A stretch of 52,583 nucleotides of DNA, the filler included, from Streblomastix strix (Eukaryota), in assembly GCA_008636045.1 (NCBI GenBank). It is 3 parts of 3 records of this genome, joined end to end, with 100 filler letters (N's around TTAATTAATTAA, not from the genome) between each part and the next. Parts side by side here need not be neighbours in the genome. Positions count along the whole stretch, not along the records: positions 35,129 to 52,583 come from SNRW01000705.1; 2 more parts are not named here. One strand, written 5' to 3'. A program made the position numbers and the translations under genes. Positions 49,987 to 52,583 of this stretch are shown here, piece by piece; position 1 is the stretch's first letter; every line of letters begins with the position of its first letter. Under the pieces are notes generated by a model that made no database searches, was not told where the DNA came from, and saw only the letters and a program-made list of their open reading frames with translations.

Positions 49987-52583
49987 TCAATTTGCTGCAG
50001 GATATGTAACGTTGATATATGCTGATGCTGCACCAGCCAAACCTGCAGTTCCAGATAGTGCTTTAATAGTTATCGTAACCTTTCCATCAGTTCCAAATCT
50101 GAAATTTGCGATATGTGGTGCAGAGCCAACAAAAACAATATTATCTGCATAAAATAAATACTTTGGAAATCCAGCACTTTCAAGTGTACAAACTGCAACT
50201 GATGCACCAGATGCTCCTGCTCCATTACCCATATATATATATATATATATCCGTAAAAGTTGATTACTAATCCATATTTATAACATTTTAGTGGCATTAT
50301 TGAAGTTGGACTAACAACATTACTAGTATAACTAATATTTACTAATTCTAATCTTTCAAATGCTGATAGTAGCATATCTCCTCCACCAGCTAATAAGACT
50401 GATGAATCATCTTTATTTGTTTTCGCAAATCCTGTTGCACTAACATTTGAATTGAATGTCTTTGCCCCAGTTATTGATTGAGTTGTATTTGTAGTAACAA
50501 CATTCGTTAATTTTGCATCAACTTCTGACTAAGTCAAATAGGTATTTTCAACTGGATTTTATGTCTCATCATATGTTCCACCGAATGGATTTACATATTT
50601 TAATCTTCCTGTTATTGTTTATTGAATTGAACCTTCCAATCTTACAAATTTATTATTTGCTTCAGTTTGTGAATAAGTCTATGTTTTATTTTAATAATTT
50701 GATAAATCAGTTGTAGTACCAGTAAATTCAGATATTGATTTTGTTACACCTGCTCCAAGTTATACTACAGTATCATCTGCACCTGATTTGACAAATGATG
50801 ACCCTGTTACTGTCGACATTCCATCTATAGAACTTACAAATCTACAAGCATTATTGAATGTCTTATTTGCATTTATTGTTTATGAAGTACCTAAGGTCAT
50901 ATAATTAGATAGTTCGATTGCATCTGCTTTCTCTCCTAATAATTCATCTGTTTTTGTTTTATTGTAATAATCAGTCAAATCAACATCTCCAACATCAATC
51001 TACGATATTAATTGATCAGTTTCTGTTTTGGTATATGTTGTTGATTAATTTGCTTTATTATTTAACAGATTATTTGTTTCAATTTTTGTATATGAATCAA
51101 TCAGTTATGTCTTATCAGCTTTCAGTAATTAGAGTGCATCATCTTCTGTCTTGGTATATGTTGTTGATTTATCAGCTTTAAGTAATAAGAGTGCATCATC
51201 TTCACCTTTCGTATAAGAAATTCCAGTATCTGCTTTATTATTTAATAAGTTATTTGTCTCACCTTTAGTGTATGAATCAATCAGTTATGTCTTATCAGCT
51301 TTCAGTAATTAGAGTGCATCATCTTCTGTCTTGGTATATGTTGTTGATATATCAGCTTTCAATAATAAGAACGCATCATCATCATCTTTCGTATAAGAAA
51401 CTCCAGTATCCGCTTTAATATTTAATAAGTTATTTGTCTCACTTTTAGTGTATGAATCAATCAGTTATGTCTTATCAGCTTTCAGTAATTAGAGTGCATC
51501 ATCTTCACCTTTCGTATAGGAAACTCCAGTATCTGTTTTATTATTTAAGAGATTATTTGTCTCAACTTTAGTGTATGTTGTTGATTTATCAGCTTTCTGT
51601 AATAAGAGTGCATCATCTTCTGTCTTGATATATGTTGTTGATTTATCTGCTTTCAATAATAAGAGAGCATCATCCTACGATTTAGAATATGAAACACTTT
51701 AAATATCTGCAATTGATCTAGCTCCTTCTCCTGCGCAAACAACACTTGAATTATCATACGTTTGAACCATGATTCCAACTGAATGAATTGTTGTATTGAA
51801 TGTCTTTTAACCACTAATACTTTGATCATAATCTGTATCTACAAAATTTTTATTTTTCGCTGGGGTTAGTAAATTTCCATCAATTGATATATCAGTAATA
51901 GCATTACCTCCTCCAGTAGCTATTCCTAGAGTTGTGATAACATTACTCATATCAGGTAATTCTGTTTCTAGCACTTTTATGTCTGTTCCATCCCACCAAT
52001 AATTTGTTACTTCCTTATCAACAATATATAAATTATCTCAAATTACTAATTTTGCTACATTATCTTGAACAGCCATCCAGTCATTCAGCTCCCCTTAAGT
52101 TGAGAATTCATATGCTTTTGATTTTCCAGTCGCAATATCTCTAACTTCTTATAATTATGGTTGTATTACTAATGAACTTACTAACATATCTCCACCACCT
52201 GCATGAAAAATAGAAATATCATTTTTACTCAATTTAAGTATGCCGGAAACATCAATTATACCGAAATATTTTTATCCTGTTATTGTTTGAGCTGAAGTTA
52301 ACCAACATAATTAGTCAAATCAGCAACATTAGCTTTCAAGACTAAGAGTGCTTCATTTTCTGTCTAGAAATAAGCATCAATTAGTTGAGATTTATCAGCT
52401 TTCAATAATTGAAGAACATCATCTTCTGTCTTGAAATATGAATCAATTAGTTCAGATTTTTCAGCTTTCAAGAGTAAGAGTGCATCATTTTCTGTCTTGG
52501 AATACCTATCAACAATATCTACAACATTAGCTTTCACTAATAAAAGCGCATCCTCTTCAGTCTTAGTATATGCTTCAATTAGC
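49987..52583 (-). pseudogene. Repeat-rich virion fibre protein, 5'-truncated; frameshifts near 52300 and 50240, TGA at 52038-52040
   Basis: Many KAD...YTK.E.D.LL repeats, four Q(T/S)I.(G/A).K.F motifs, GGG/GAG hinge motifs, and a C-terminal beta-rich tip ending YINVTYPAAN-TGA. Confidence 0.8.
50920..51680 (-). repeat. Tandem coding repeats (57-66 bp units) of the fibre shaft
   Basis: Recurrent tatcagctttcagtaattagagtgcatcatcttc and gtatgaatcaatcagttatgtc blocks encoding KADKTQLIDSYTKGETNNLLNN, KADTGISYTKGEDDALLLL and KADKSTTYTKTEDDALLLL; more copies at 52320-52583. Confidence 0.9.

Larger units (their letters stand above)
35129..52583. mobile_element. Endogenous Polinton/Maverick-like virus (partial; termini not in window; partly decayed)
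   Basis: Intronless, tightly packed genes for rve integrase, protein-primed PolB, A32-like ATPase, capsid-sized ORFs, KilA-N and fibre proteins fill the whole contig. Confidence 0.93.

Noticed and set aside
837..51181. Most ORFs in the supplied six-frame track
   Set aside because: They were computed with TAA/TAG as stops; they are antisense or off-frame shadows or fragments of longer table-6 genes.
50920..52583. CRISPR-like repeat array
   Set aside because: Units are multiples of 3, encode peptide repeats and have no unique spacers; the context is eukaryotic and viral.

Overview
AT-rich eukaryotic (protist) DNA made of three contigs (1-17467, 17568-35028, 35129-52583) joined by artificial 100-nt N spacers carrying a TTAATTAATTAA linker. 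The supplied ORF track is mostly misleading because the organism reads TAA/TAG as Gln (e.g. dynamin G1 motif GS-TAA-SSGKSS). Together with short AT-rich spliceosomal introns and fold-back chimeras, this fits an oxymonad such as Streblomastix (inference). Contigs 1-2 hold host genes: a dynamin-related GTPase, a very large helical protein, coiled-coil proteins, a helicase/DUF283/PAZ Dicer (truncated), NSRP1-like, XRCC1, an ARM-like protein and ORC5-like. Contig 3 is entirely an endogenous Polinton/Maverick-like virus written in the host code (rve integrase, protein-primed PolB with an embedded HNH module, A32 ATPase, probable major and minor capsid proteins, KilA-N, amphipathic peptides, repeat-rich fibre), partly decayed. 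The top finding is that TGA, which ends every mapped gene, also occurs in-frame inside four otherwise intact host genes (five sites) at Trp-compatible positions. This suggests an ambiguous code with no dedicated stop codon (TAR=Gln, TGA=Trp or stop). All translations and motif matches were done by eye.
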